A stretch of DNA of 64,000 nucleotides from Chiloscyllium plagiosum (GCF_004010195.1 NC_057749.1:26272591-26336590), one strand, 5' to 3'; shown: positions 27,101-40,353, counted from the stretch's first letter. Numbers and translations: made by a program. Notes: a model not told the origin generated them from the sequence alone.

Positions 27101-28559
27101 TGCATTTTTCAAAATCTAAATATGAACTAAAAACTGAATATGTGCAACTATTTGATGTGCAGTAAATTAGGTGAATGGTTAATGTTTGCCTGAAATGGCC
27201 AAATTACATTGGTATTATTACCATAATAATACCAATGAATTAGGGTGAGGGGCTTAGCGCCTTAAAGGAATTGCTGCATTGCTATGCAGGTGGTGAATAT
27301 CTTTGAACCACAAGACTAGATTTCAAAGTCATCATTACAGATAGAAATCATCACCAAAATAATTTTTAAAAAATGGCATGACAATGCCTATCAGTGTTCA
27401 GACGAACAGCTTGGCTTGGAATGAGAGATGGAACTGATCAGTAAATCTGCTTTTAAAAAGTGTTTAAAAACTCTAAATTTCCTCAAGTGCTAACTGAATA
27501 ACTATCCAGTATATTTTATACCAACATCCAGTCACAGCTTCAAACATGAGCTATATACTTATAGAATACCAAACTTGTTTTCCCCTTTGTCGAAAATCTC
27601 ATCTATGAAAAAATTAACTGGCTTGGAAAGTGAATAAAATACTTGTTCCTTTGGAAATAATTTGCCTCTGTTGAAGTAGTAAGTATGAACAGCTGTAGCT
27701 ACCCAGACAATTTGACTGTCAGAATTGAGTGTAATGACAGAGCTCTTCTGTGCAATTGGCCGAAATACTCTCAAATCCCAAACATTACAGAGGTATGCAC
27801 AACTGTGTAGCAGCCCCACAAAGGAACAGAAATTTTTTTTAAAGTGTATTCAAAGGAATGTGCACATTAATTGGTCTGACTATTTCAGCCTTTACAGCTA
27901 TTGGTTGGGTTTTTTTAATTCACTCTTGGGACATGGATTTCACTGACTGAGTAAACATTTATTACCAGATCCTAGTTGCCCTCAACATGGTGGTGGTGAG
28001 CTGCCTTCTTGACTCTCTCCAGTCCAAGTGCTTTAGATTGACACAGGGAGGGAATATCAAGATATGGTGAGGTGACTGGATGTGGTGCTCAATGAGCTGA
28101 TTTGACCTGGATGGTGTCAAACTTCAACTGCTGTGAACTACACCCATCCAGGCAACTGAGGAGTATTCAGCATACTCCTGTCATGTGCTCTGGAGATGAT
28201 GGGCAGGCTTTAGGAAGTCAGGAGGTGAGTTACTTGCTGCAAGATTGACCTGCTCTTGTAGCCACTGTCTTAATGATGTGGCGAATCCAATTCAGTTTCT
28301 GGTCAATGGTCACTCTCAGGATGTTGTTAGTAAGGAATTCAGTGATGGTAACACTATTGAATGTCATGGGGCTCTGGTTAGATTTCCTCTTACTGGAGAT
28401 GGTCATTTCCAATGAAAAAAACAATCAAACCATTTTAGCTCATTGAACATTTCTTCTGTTTTTTAAAATCTAATTTAGTTTGTGCTGTTTCCAGTACATG
28501 GGTTTTTTTTTTAAACCAACCAAATTCTACAAAAGAAACAATGGACATCACATTTCATA

Positions 28560-28892
28560 GAGAATCCCTAGTGTGGAAACAGGCCATTTGGCCCAACAAA
28601 TCCACACTATCCCTGCAAAGAGTATCCTACCCAGACCCTTTCCACTACCCTATTACTCTACATTTACCTTGACTAATGCATCTAGCCTACACATCCCTGA
28701 ACACTATGGGCAATTTAGCACGGCCAATTTACCTAAACTGCACATCTTTGGGTTGTGGGAGGAAAGTGGAGAACCTGGAGAAAACCCATGCAGACATAGG
28801 GAGAATATGCAAACCCCACACAGACAGACACACAGGTGCCAGAGGCTGGAATTGAACCTGGATCCCTGGTGCTGTGAGGCTGCAGTGCTAAC
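28560..28892 (-). mobile_element. HE1/V-SINE-like SINE
   Basis: Same diagnostic A/B-box and central-domain motifs as the other copies. Confidence 0.85.
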
Positions 28893-29639
28893 CTGTAAAA
28901 TGTCATTTACAATGACATTTTTAATTAACCAAAAATGGCAATAAATATTCTAAAGTTTGCAACGTTATAGCGAACATTAAAAGTCTCATGGGTTAAAACA
29001 GAGATTATTTCCTTAATCCTGTTGAAACTGACAAAATAAACTTATTTTTGTTAAGAAAAACCTTCCCTAACACAAACAATTCAGTCATGTAACAAAATGA
29101 AAAGTCAACAGTTTTCATGATATCCTCAAAATAGGTTTACATGGGAAATAAAGAATTAATTTTGCTAAGTTTAAAAAATTTGGCTTTTCAACTCAGATGA
29201 TTTCCTTTCCATTCTAACAAATACGATGGGAAAAATATCATACTGAATTAGTATTTGCACATTTTTAAGTTCATCTCTGCAATCTCTAGATCCAACCATA
29301 ATTTTGCTGAAATGGTTATCATCATCAGACAACATTAAACATGTTCTCATCTTTCTTTGTCATAAGCAAAGGAACAGGAGAAACAAAGTATGTGACCTTC
29401 TCCTTTTCAAAATCATGGTTTACCTTCTACCTAAAGTTCAGTTTCCCAACCTCTGACCATATCCCTAAGTGCCTAAAAAACAATCTCAGCCTTGAATATA
29501 CTCAAGGACTGAGCATCCATCGTCCTCTTAAAATCGAAAATTCCTATCATTCTCAATTTTCCTTGAAGAACTCGCCCCTCATCTCAATTCTAAATGATCA
29601 ACCCTTAGATTGTGCAAAGCTCATTGATTCAAATCAGAA

Positions 29640-32520
29640 AAGAGAGATCACATCCTGAGAGCGAGACAAGGCCCAAGTGAGTGTATAGTTTGGAGAATTT
29701 CAAAACAATGTGGGAATTCTGAGGGGAGGTGCTTGTTTTCTTTCCAGCTCATAGCTTGTAAGTTTTTTTTAAGAGCAGGACAAATTGAAGCCCAGGATCT
29801 GGGGCCCAGCACAAGAGCGACATCACAGGTAAAACATAAATTCATTCGTTGTTGAAGCTACTAATTTGACTATTACAGAGGCTACTTTCAGATTGAACAT
29901 AAATAGGAGAAATATTTATTGGTTAGAAAGGAAAAGACCAGTATGAAAAATCAAATCAAGAACTAGGTAATTAAAATAGAGATGCCAGGTCAGGCGATGC
30001 GTTGCAACTGCACAATGTGGGAGTTGGTGGACCCCATTTTGATTCAGAGAGACCACACCTGTCACAAGTGTTGGTTGCTTGAGGAACCTTGGCGCAGAGT
30101 GGATGAACTGGAGTATAATCTTTGAATTGTACAACACATCAGGATGGGAGAGTTACCTGGATGCTGTATTTCAGGAGGCAGTCACACCCCTTAGATTAAC
30201 TACCTTGAAATCGGTCAGGGACTGGAGGTGTGACTAGCAGCAAGGCAGGTAGATGATCCAGGAGTAAGTGCTGAAGGAACCTCAGCTTTTGAGTTGGTCC
30301 TGGCAAATTGCATAACTCGGGTTGGAAGCAGTTTGCAATTGCATGGAAAATTATGGAATCAGTTCCAGGATGGAGGGAGGGCTCAGAGGTTATTAAAGTT
30401 TCCAGAACAAGTAATAGAACATAAAGTATAGAAAGGGTCAGAATTCTAATTTCAGGCACAGCAGATAAAGGGACAACTATGAGAAGGGGCAGGGTTGGGG
30501 ATGTTGTAATTAAAAGCATGTAGCATATGAAATGGGGGTTGGGGGTGTGTATGTGCACGAATCTGTGTGCACATGCGGGGGAGGGGTCCACATGATGTAA
30601 CCAAGGATGACAAGACTGGTCAAGGACAGCATAAAACCATACAATGTCGAGAAGATTAGTGAGAAGCCAGAGGATTGGGACACCTTTAAAAACTAGCAGA
30701 GGATAACTAATAAAAGAATGGCAGGGTGGAGGGAGGAAAACACATAAAAGAATAATCCAGCTAGCAGTATGAAAGAAGATTGTAAGAGTTTTTTTCTAAG
30801 CCAGCTAAAGTGTTAGAGAGAGGCAAGAGTTGAAGAGTGGACATTAGAATGCTAGAAAACGTGGCTGACGAAGTAGTAAAGGAAAACAGAAATGGTAGAG
30901 GAACTGAACAGATACTTTGCATCAGTTTTCAATGGAAGACATCAGCAAGGTACCAAGACTTAAGAGGGTCGGGGTCAGAGGTGAGTGTAGTGGCAAACAC
31001 TAAGGAGATGGTGCTGGGGAAGCCAAAAAGTCTGATGGTGGGTAATTTATCTGGATCAAATGGACTATACCCCAGTGTTCTGAAGGAGATAGCAGAAGAG
31101 TTTGGTGGAATTACTACAGTAAGGGAAGATGCCAGAGGACTGGAAAATGACTAATGTAACCCCCACTATTTAAGAAGGGAGACACATGCAGAAAGCCAAA
31201 GGCTGGTTAGCCTAATCCTCAAATCATTGTTAAGGTTTAGAGTGAATTAATAAGGATAAGACTGCAGAAGTGCATGGAAAATAAGGCAAAGTCAGCACAA
31301 CTTCTTCAAAAGGAGATCACGCCTGACAAAACTAGTAAATTCTTCGGGGCTGTAACAAGCAGGTTGGACAAAGGAGAGCTACTGGACATTATCTATTTGG
31401 ATTTCCAGATAACGTATTTAGCACCTTGTCAAACGTTAAGAGCCCATGGTGTTAGGGGCAAGGTACTAGTATGAATAGAAGATTGGTTGACTGGCAAAAG
31501 GCAGATATTAGGGATAAAGGAGTCTTTTTCAGAATGGCAGCCAGTGATTAGTGGCATTCTACAAGGGTTCATGTTTGGACTACAACTGTTCACGATATGC
31601 ATTAGTATCTGGACGAAGAAACTGTGGGAATTGTCGCTGTGTTTTGAGATGACACAAAGATAGGTGGAGGGCAGGCAATGTTGAAGTAGTGAGGAAGCTG
31701 CAGGATTGGGAGAGGCTAGGAGAGAGGCAAAAGAAGTGACAGATGTGGGACAAGTGAGGTCGTGCACTTTGGCAAGAAGAATAGAGTTGTAGACTATTTT
31801 CTAAATGGGTACGGTTTTGGAAATCTGAAGCACAGAGTTTGGAGTCCAGGATTCTCTTAAGGTTGTCATGCAGGTTCAGTTGGCAGTTAGGAAAGTAAAT
31901 ACAATGTTAGTATTCATTTCAAGAGGGCTCGAGTACAAGGGCAGAGATATACTCTGAAGCTATGAGGGACTCTGCTCAAATTTGATTTGAAATATTGTGA
32001 GCAGTTTTGGATCTCTATCAAAGGAATGATGTGATGGCATTGAAGAGAGTCCAGAGGATATTTACTAGAATGATCCCAAGGACAAACGGCTTGTCATATG
32101 AGTGCAGGGGACTTTCGGTCTGTATTGGGAGTTCAGAAGGACGAGGGGGGAGATCTGATAGTATTCTGTAATTTTCAAAGGGACCTTGATGGAGTTGACA
32201 TGGAGACGATGTTTCAACTCGTAGGAGAAAGCTAGAACCTGAGGGCACAGTGGGAAGGATTGACCATTTAAAATAAAATGAGGAGGAATTTCTACCGCCA
32301 GAAGGTGGTTAATCTGTGAAACTCATTGCTGCAGAGTGGAGGCCAAGTCATTGAGTATTTAAGACCGATTGATAGGCTCTTGATTGGTAAGGGGATCAAG
32401 GATTATGGGAAAAAACAGGAAGATGGCATTGAGAAAAGCATCAGCCATGACAGAATGGCAGATCAGCGCCAATGGGCCAAATGACCTAATAATGCTTCTG
32501 CATCTTATGGTCTTAGCCTG
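29640..32520 (+). mobile_element. Old CR1 element retaining ORF1-like and ORF2 remnants
   Basis: About 29982 onward reads MPGQAMRCNCTMWELVD...HTCHKCWLLEE...VDELE (Cys motif plus coiled coil, as in CR1 ORF1). RT remnants follow (IYLDFQ, SEWQPVISG), with a 3' tail cttatggtctt near 32515. Confidence 0.7.
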
Positions 32521-34539
32521 CAAATATGCCAGTCTAGAGAAACAGCCTCATGTACCCAATCGGGCCTCATGGAATCTTATTAATGAAAATTAACCTAATT
32601 GAAATTGTTACATGTTAAGACTGGAAACCCCCAAACTGTGCTATGCTAATCTCTATGCCATATGCACAACAGGAGTTTAAAGGATCAGCTCACCACCACT
32701 TTGAGCAACAAATCTTTGCCGTGCAAGAATCCATGCATTCCAAGAATTTTTTTTAAAAAAAATTATATTAAAACATTACTACAAGGTGTTTCTTAATTTT
32801 AAAATAAAAATTTACTGCATAACTCCTTTAAATACAAAAAAAGTTTGCTATCCATTTATAACTAGGCATAATGATTCATGTGGACTGTCAAATTTTGTTT
32901 TTATTCCAGGAGATGAAATGATTTTCAATGTTCCATGATACCTTTATTTTCACCCAGAAAGACTGTATATAAATAGCCTTGGTGACATCTCTAAGACATA
33001 CAGGTTTAACATCCTCTGATCAAAACATCCTTGCTAGTTTTCAGGATCACTTTGACCTTGCAATGCCTCCACTGTCTTCCTGGAGAAGATGCTGAATTAT
33101 ATGAATTAACATCCCCTTCAAGCCAGAGAGACAATACTGACAAGATAGAGGAAGGTAGTGGAAACAAATGAATCCGTGGTGCTTCTTTAAAAAAAAGCAC
33201 TCAGTGTCAGCCTATAGAATTTCCTCAATTTACATACTGCATTTGAGATGATTAAACTGGGAATCTGCACCATGATTTAAAGGATAATGTATTTGCAGGA
33301 CAAATATCTAGTAAATCCTTTACAGTTAGTTTCTTATAATTTCTTCTAGTACTATTCAATTACTTCCAGTGTATTTGCTACATTCCCTTAAGTTGCATAA
33401 AAAGCAGTAAATTGTTGACTTGACATAACTTTATTGATATCTCAAGCATTTTAAAAAGAAATTTTCTTCATTCCATGTCCCCAAATTTTAGGCCCCTCAA
33501 TTGCGGCAATGAACGAATGTCAAAAGGAAAATTATGAGAGCCTTTGTTCCCTTTAGTAATGTATTGCATTCACCACTTACAACTCAGGCACTGCATTCTG
33601 CAAGACAAGCTCAAAATGGAAAACAAACACCAAAATAAAAAAAAAGTTAAAAAGAAACACCATGTTATTACAAACTGTCCCTTCAGAAACACCTGGTACT
33701 GAAGCATAATTTAAAAATAAAACAGCTGGGTCATTAAAGATGGGGGTGGAAAGGAAGGATTTTAGAGCAAATACAGCACTGAGTTTGCATTTGTTTGAGC
33801 TGGTAAACATAAATAATATTAAACATGTATTAACAGTTAACAGATAGTCACTGCAAAAATAAAGAGCAATTTGCAATAATTTTGGATGATTTGCAATGTA
33901 ATTAACTTGAGCATTCCCAGTTAGAAAACTTAAGCAAAGCAGTTCAAAATGCAGTTGAATTGAATGTACTTAAACAGTGACCAACGGTATACCTTAATCC
34001 TTTGCTTCTATGACCACCCCTCATTTCCCCCCATGGAAACTGGCTTTGACTGTTAAAGTTGTTAGACTCTATTCTTCCTCTCCTCACTTCCTTCCTCCAA
34101 GGAAGGGAGAACAGATATTGCTTTTACCAACTCCACCCCCATCTTCAAAAAAAAACAAGTCAGGCCCAGCCCTTACAGCAGGGAGGAAGAGGGTCAGAGA
34201 TTCCGCTCTTACACCCTTGGGAACAGGGACACTGGAACTGTCCTAGCCCGAAGAAGGCCATCTTTACTCCCATCCTGTGCTTGAGGGCATCTGCTCTTTC
34301 TTTACACCCACAGGAGAGGGGTACAAATCCCCCTCAAACATCCTGGGGAGAGGTAACACTAGCACAGTTCTATGAAGGGCAGCCACCCCATGTGTCAGGG
34401 CACTGGCCAACTTATACCCTCAGAAAAAAGGCAGACATGGGCCCCTTCAATCTCCCCCATACCCTCAAATTCTGAGAATGGGGCACTGGATCTGCACTTA
34501 TCCCCTGAAGAGATGGGGCACAGAATATGTTATTACTTG

Positions 34540-34820
34540 CTGGGGGCAGCACAGTGACTCAGCAGTTAGCACTGTTGCCTCAGAATCAGGGACCCAGATT
34601 CAATTCTATCCCCATGCAACTGTCTTATGTAGAGTCTACACATTCTCCCTGCGTCTGGGTGGGTTTCCTCCAGGTGCCCCAACTTCCTCCCCAAGTCCAA
34701 AGATGTGTAGGTTAGGTGGATTAGCCATGGGAAATGTGGGGATGGGGGATGCAGGTCTGGTTGGGATGCTAGGGTCAATGTGGACTCGATAGCCTGCTTC
34801 CACACAGTAGGGATTCTATA
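34540..34820 (+). mobile_element. HE1/V-SINE-like SINE
   Basis: gcacagtgactcagcagttagcactg (A-box region), degenerate B-box, central domain and a gggattcta tail. Confidence 0.8.
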
Positions 34821-34879
34821 ATTACTGCCCTGGGAAGGTCCTGCTCACATACCATGGGGATAGGGGACACTGGCCCTGC

Positions 34880-35870
34880 TCCTACCAGGGCAGAGGGGGC
34901 ACAGGAGCCGCTTTTACTTCCCAGGAGGGGAGGGGAGACAAGACAGGGTACAGGGCCCTCTCTTATCCCCAGGAGGGGAGAGGAGAGGAGAGGAGACAGG
35001 ATACAGGGCCCCTCTTACCCCCAGGAGAGAGGAGACAGGGTACTGTGCCCTCTCTTATCCCAGGGAGGGGAGACAGGATACAGGGCCCTCTCTTATCCCA
35101 AGGAGGGGAGGAAGGGGGAGACAGGGTACAGTGCCCCCTCTTACCCCCAGGAGGGGAGGGGAGAGGAGACAGGGTATAGTGCCCCCCTTACCACCAGGAG
35201 GGGAGGGGACAGGAGAGGGGAGAGGAGACAGGATACAGTGCCCCCTCTTACCCCCAGGAGGGGTGGGGAGAGGAGACAGAGTATAGTGCCCCCTCTTACA
35301 CCCAGGAGGGGAGGGGAGACAGGGTACAGGGCCCGCTCTTACCCCAAGGAGGGGAGACGAGGAGAGACAGGGTACAGGGCCTGCTCTTACCCCCAGGAGG
35401 GGAGACGAGGGGAGACAGGGTACAGGGCCCCTCTTAACCCCAGGAGGGGAGGCGAGGGGAGACAGGGTACAGTGCCCCCTCTTACCCCCAGGAGGGGAGG
35501 GGAGAGGAGACAGGGTATAGTGCCCCCCTTACTCCCTAAAGGGGAGGGGACAGGAGAGGAGACAGGATACAGTGCCCCCTCTTACCCCCAGGAGGGGAGG
35601 AGAGAGGAGAAGAGACAGGGTACAGTGCCCCCTCTTACCCCCAGGAGGGGAGGGGAGAGGAGACAGGGTATAGTGCCCCCCTTACTCCCTAAAGGGGAGG
35701 GGACAGGAGAGGAGACAGGATACAGTGCCCCCTCTTAACCCCAGGAGGGGAGGAGAGGGGAGACAGGGTACAGGACCCCCTCTTACCCCCAGGAGGGGAG
35801 GGGAGACAGGGTACAGGGCCCCCTCTTACCCCCAGGAGGGGAGGGGAGGGGAAGATAGAGGGTACAGGCG
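34880..35870. repeat. G/A-rich minisatellite (units of about 41-50 bp, with a 153-bp higher-order duplication) at the start of NPTN intron 1
   Basis: Repeated ggagacagggtacag(t/g)gccccctcttacccccaggaggggagggg. Its spurious ORF repeats with a 51-residue period near the end. Confidence 0.92.
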
Positions 35871-35923
35871 CCTCCTTTCCGCCCCCTCCCCAAAATCATT
35901 GCACCCCGGGCCCGGACACTCAC

Positions 35924-36017
35924 CGTTCTGTCCGCGGGCGGGTGTCAAGATGAGGCTAAGCCAGAGCAGGGCGGACACAGCGGCTCCGAGCCAGGCTGGG
36001 CCCCGGGCCGTTGCCAT
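35924..36017 (-). CDS. NPTN: Neuroplastin exon 1 coding part (signal peptide MATARGPAWLGAAVSALLWLSLILTPARGQN)
   Basis: Strong Kozak context ACCATGG at 36020-36014, hydrophobic signal peptide, and donor AACG|gtgagt at 35924/35923 (phase 1). Splicing to 4351 gives ...GQN-A-GFVKSP, matching the vertebrate NPTN QNAGFVKSP junction. Confidence 0.93.
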
Positions 36018-36220
36018 GGTAATGCTGCTCGCCGTTCACTCCACTGCCACCCTTCTCCCTACTCGGTCCGCACCGACTGCGGCTCCCCCTCCCCCACCCG
36101 CTGACTCTAGGTGAACCTGCTCTCGCGAGAGTCAGCGCTAGAGTGCGCGCGCAGCCAGTGAGCCTCCGACTGCGACGTTTGAATGGGGAGCGGGTTTCAG
36201 ACCCGACCATTGGAGGCGCA
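36018..36220 (-). promoter_or_regulatory. NPTN: NPTN 5'UTR and GC/CpG-rich promoter with TCTCGCGAGA palindrome (36121-36130) and CCAAT box (36209-36213, minus strand)
   Basis: CpG-dense stretch directly upstream of the ATG in an otherwise CpG-poor window. Motifs read directly. Confidence 0.75.
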
Positions 36221-37225
36221 GCGGAGCAGATTTCCACACCCAGCCGCAAGAAGGTGCAGCGGAGCAGGTACCATTCACGGCCACAGGAGGCGCTGTAAAG
36301 CACATCCCAGACCCACCGACAAGAGGCGCAGTGGAGCTGGTTCCACACATGGCCGTAGGAGGCGCAGTGGAGCTGGTTCCACACATGGCCATAGGAGGCG
36401 CAGTGGAGCAGGTCACAGGACCTAGCCTCAGGCGATACACTGGAGCACATCCCAGACTCAGCCACATGAGGCGCACTGTCGCCAGACCCAGAGACAAGAT
36501 ACACTGTGGAGCAGGTTCCAGACCCTGCCACAGGAGGCACAGTGAGCAGAGCTATACCCAAGGGCTTTTGCCTGGGACATCGATTTTCCTGCTCATCGAT
36601 GCTGCCTGACCTGCTGTGCTTTTCCAGCACCACTCTAATCTTGACTCTGATCTCCAGCATCTGCAGTCCTCACTTTCGCCTATACCCGAAACATTGACTT
36701 CTCCACCTCTTGATGCTGCCTGGCTTGCTGTGTTCTTCCAGCCTCTGGTTTTTCTGCTTTGGATTCCAGCATCTGCAGTTTTTTTTGTCTCTAACTAGGT
36801 TCCAGATCCAGCCACAGGAGGTGCTTTTGTCATGTCCCAGACCCAGGCACAGGTGGCGCTGCAGGCAGTTTTCAGACCCAGCCTCAGGAGGCACTGTGGA
36901 CAACATCCCATATCTAGCCACTTGAGGTGCCGTGGAGCAGTTTACAGACCTGCCATGGAACCAAGTAGAGCCGGTTCCACATGTGGGCAAAGGAGGTGCA
37001 GTGGTGAACATCACAGACACGGTCACAGGGAGGCGCCATGAAGCAGGATCCAGACATAGCCATAGCAGGCGCTGTAGTGTAAGTCCCAAATCCGCACTCA
37101 GCAGGCGTTGTTCCTCGACCCAGCCACTGCCTCAGGAGACTCAGTGGAACAGGTTCCAGGCCTGGCCACTGGAGACACTGTAGAACAGGTTCTAGATCCT
37201 GTCACAGGAGGCACTTTGGTAGAGC
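36190..37225. repeat. Degenerate 36-bp tandem array upstream of NPTN, interrupted by Penelope-derived short-element fragments at about 36550-36795
   Basis: Unit approximately gtggagcaggttccagacccagccacaggaggcgca. gtggag starts at 36331, 36367 and 36403 (period 36). Overlapping ORFs repeat every 12 aa. Confidence 0.88.
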
Positions 37226-39094
37226 TGAAGATTTTGCCAGATGGGGTGTTACTCACCATCCTGACTTGGAAACATATCACCGTTCCTTCACTGATACTGG
37301 GTCACAATCCTGGAATCCTCTAATGACATTGTGGGTGACCTACATCAATGAACTGCAGCAGTTGAAGAAAGCAGCTCATCTTCACCTTTTCAAGGGCAGT
37401 TCAGGATGGGCAATAAACCCACATCTTGTGAAATAATTTTTTAAAAATTGGTTTCCCCTTGGGCCACCATTATTGTCCACATGATAGTGACTGCTTTTGA
37501 TCTGAATATGATGTGTGGAATCACACTAACTGGAACACTTTCCTTGGGCAGCAATCTCCAGCCTTCACAGCTGATGGGATAGACAGTCTTTCTTTGCTTG
37601 TCCTGCTGTTTTGAGAACACACATTGTCACCTGAGGTGGTGTTACCAGGAACATAAAGCACCTGACAGCATTACAGGCAGCCCCTTTGTGGCAAATGGCT
37701 TACAGTCAATTTGTACACAAGTTGGATCACAATGCAGGACAGGGTAAAATAGTGGTTTATAAGAATAGGAAGTGTTCCTATGTGGTAGACCTTTTTAATG
37801 ACCTCCAGTATGGGAATGCGTTTCGAAATGCAAGAGTTCGTAATTCAGACATTCATAGATCGAGTTCCCCGCAGTCAAGATTGTCAGAAAAGATAAACTT
37901 TGTACCACATTATGGTGATGAACTGCAATGAGATAGCCACCATTCCATGCCTGCTGCAGGAGACTCTGGTGCTGTTCCACATTCTACTACAGGATGTTCT
38001 ATGGTACTGTTCCTTCCATCTGAGTTTTCCTCAATACCACTCATCAATACAGTTTTCACTGGACGCTTGTTAAAAATATTTGAAACCATACCTGCCGTAG
38101 GAAATTAAGTCAAAACAGGACATTCAGGCAAGACAATGAGTGGTGACAGACTGAAGCATTAACTTTGTTAGAGCAAACTATTGCTCTGCAAATAAAGCAT
38201 GTTGGAAATCACAGCGGGTCAGAAAGCATCTGTGGAGAGTGAGCAAGCTAATGCTTTGAATCTCGCTGACTTATGTTTCAGGAATGAAATGAAGGGCTCC
38301 TGCCCAAAACGTTGATTTTCCTGCTCCTTGAATGCTGCCTGACCTGCTGTGCTTTTCCAGCACCACTCTGATCTTGACTCTAATTTCCAGCATCTGCAGT
38401 CCTCATTTTCATCGAGCTATTTATGTCAGGTCTAATGTAGTCTTCAGGACTCAACATTAGCTTGCTCTCTCTCTCTACAGATGCTGCCTGACCTGCTGTG
38501 ATTTCCAGCATTTTCTTTTTCAGCACATGAACTTTGTTTCTTCTTTTACTGTACTGCTCTGAACTAATGAGTGTTTCTAGCACTTCTTTTTATTTCAGAT
38601 TCCCAGTATCAGAACTATTTTGCTTCTGGTAAGAAATTAAGCTTCAGTGATTAAAAGATAATCTACATATATTGCGAAAATTTCATTTTATACACTTACT
38701 GTCATATTCCTAATTATAAATTCCCAGGTCTGTGTTCCAATAGAAACTGCCCTTGTAGCATGGTGGTTAATTATAGCAGCACCTGTTGAAAGGCGCAGTT
38801 ATCCTTAAAAATATAGAATTGAGAATTTGTAGTCAATGCATCAAAAATAAACTTAGGATAAATGACTTCAAAATTGAGATTGAATGCTGTCGCTCAGTGA
38901 TTCTGCTGGTCTGTATTTTTGTGTTATTTTATGCTTAAATGGGTCCTGAAAACATGTGTGGTGACATTAGGAAAATTGGCTTATCTAAGTATATACACTT
39001 TTCTGATGAACATATAACTTTACCCAACAGAGCAGCAGAAGAACCTTTGAAAGAAATTTCTTAATGGTGGTGGGGGGTGGTTTCTCACAGAGAG

Positions 39095-39447
39095 CTTTCA
39101 AATTCTAACAGGACTAGACAGGGTAGATGCAAGGAGGATGTTCCCGATGGTGGGTGCGTCTGAGGATTCGGGGTGGACCATTTACGATGGAGATGAGACA
39201 TTTCTACACCCAAAGAGTGGTAAGCCTGTGTAATTCACTACCACAGCAAGCAGTTGATGCCAAAGCATTTAATGTATTCAAGAGGTGGCTAGGTATAACA
39301 CTAGGGGTGAATGGTATCAAAGGTTATGGGGAGAAAGCAGGATTAGGCTATTGAGGTTGATGATCAGCCATGATGATGATGAATGGTGGAGCAGCCTCGA
39401 AGGGGTGAATGGCCTCCTCCTACTCCTACCTTCCATGTTTCTATGTA
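39095..39447 (+). mobile_element. CR1 3' fragment
   Basis: Degenerate CR1 ORF2 end (FYTQRVVSLCNSLP) and a catgtttctatgt tail. Confidence 0.75.
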
Positions 39448-40353
39448 TAGACAGGGAATAATGATATTCCTGAGAAGCTAGTAGATGGAATGCAACTATC
39501 CTGCAATTTTATAAATAATTTCCAAGTATTCCACATTGTAGCATGTAATTTATAATGTGACACATTCTATATGATAATATATAATCTTTATTTTATGATG
39601 AACACGTAATCTAAATTTAACATGTGTTCTGAAATGCAGTAACATATTTCTCCATCATGATAGACATCTTGTTGTTTAAAACCAAACTTTAAGTGATTCC
39701 TTTGTCTTCTATGAATCCTTTCAAAGAGTTTGACGTGATATCAGCATGGATGTCCACAGAACTGGCAATTCATGTCGTCATTGTTGGTGCTTTAGGAATG
39801 AAGTGAAACAATTTTAACTATAATACACTAATAATGTTATCTCTAAGTTTCTAAGCTTGATAGGACATTAAACCAATTTTACGGGGAACTACCTAAGAAT
39901 GAAAGTGAAAGTTTGTAAAACTGAAGAGCCTGCATGATAATGCAAAGGCATTAAGGGAGCAGACTGTAATGATGCTGTATGGGAGGAGGTGGTATTTAAC
40001 TACAATCCTAAATGCCCAGACGGTAGTTGAGAGTCAACCACATTGCTGTGGGTCTGGAGGCACATGTAGGCCAAATTAGGTAAGTTCAGATTTCCTTCCC
40101 TGAGGGACATTCGTGAGCAGAGATTGGTTTTACCAATAATCACAGAAATTTCATGGTCATCATTAGACTCTTCACTGAAGTGTGCTATACGCACAGTATT
40201 TTCAGGCTATTTGGAAGTTGAAAAGGATATTTGCAGAGATTTGTTGTCCTATTTATGATGAGGATCTGCAATACAGGGACTGAGATAGTCAATGACAAGT
40301 GAACTGTAAAATCATTGTGATGAAATGTGGTAATTAAGGTTATAAATTTTCAT

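Noticed and set aside
34854..35738. 294-aa ORF with repeated G/E/R/P-rich peptides
   Set aside because: It is a translation of the G-rich minisatellite, antisense within NPTN intron 1. Stop codons are absent because of base composition, and there is no domain or splice evidence.
36190..37225. 36-bp periodic array as a possible CRISPR array or repeat protein
   Set aside because: The units are contiguous degenerate tandem copies with no unique spacers, there are no cas genes, and the context is vertebrate. ORFs are open in several frames on both strands, which is typical of GC-rich repeats.
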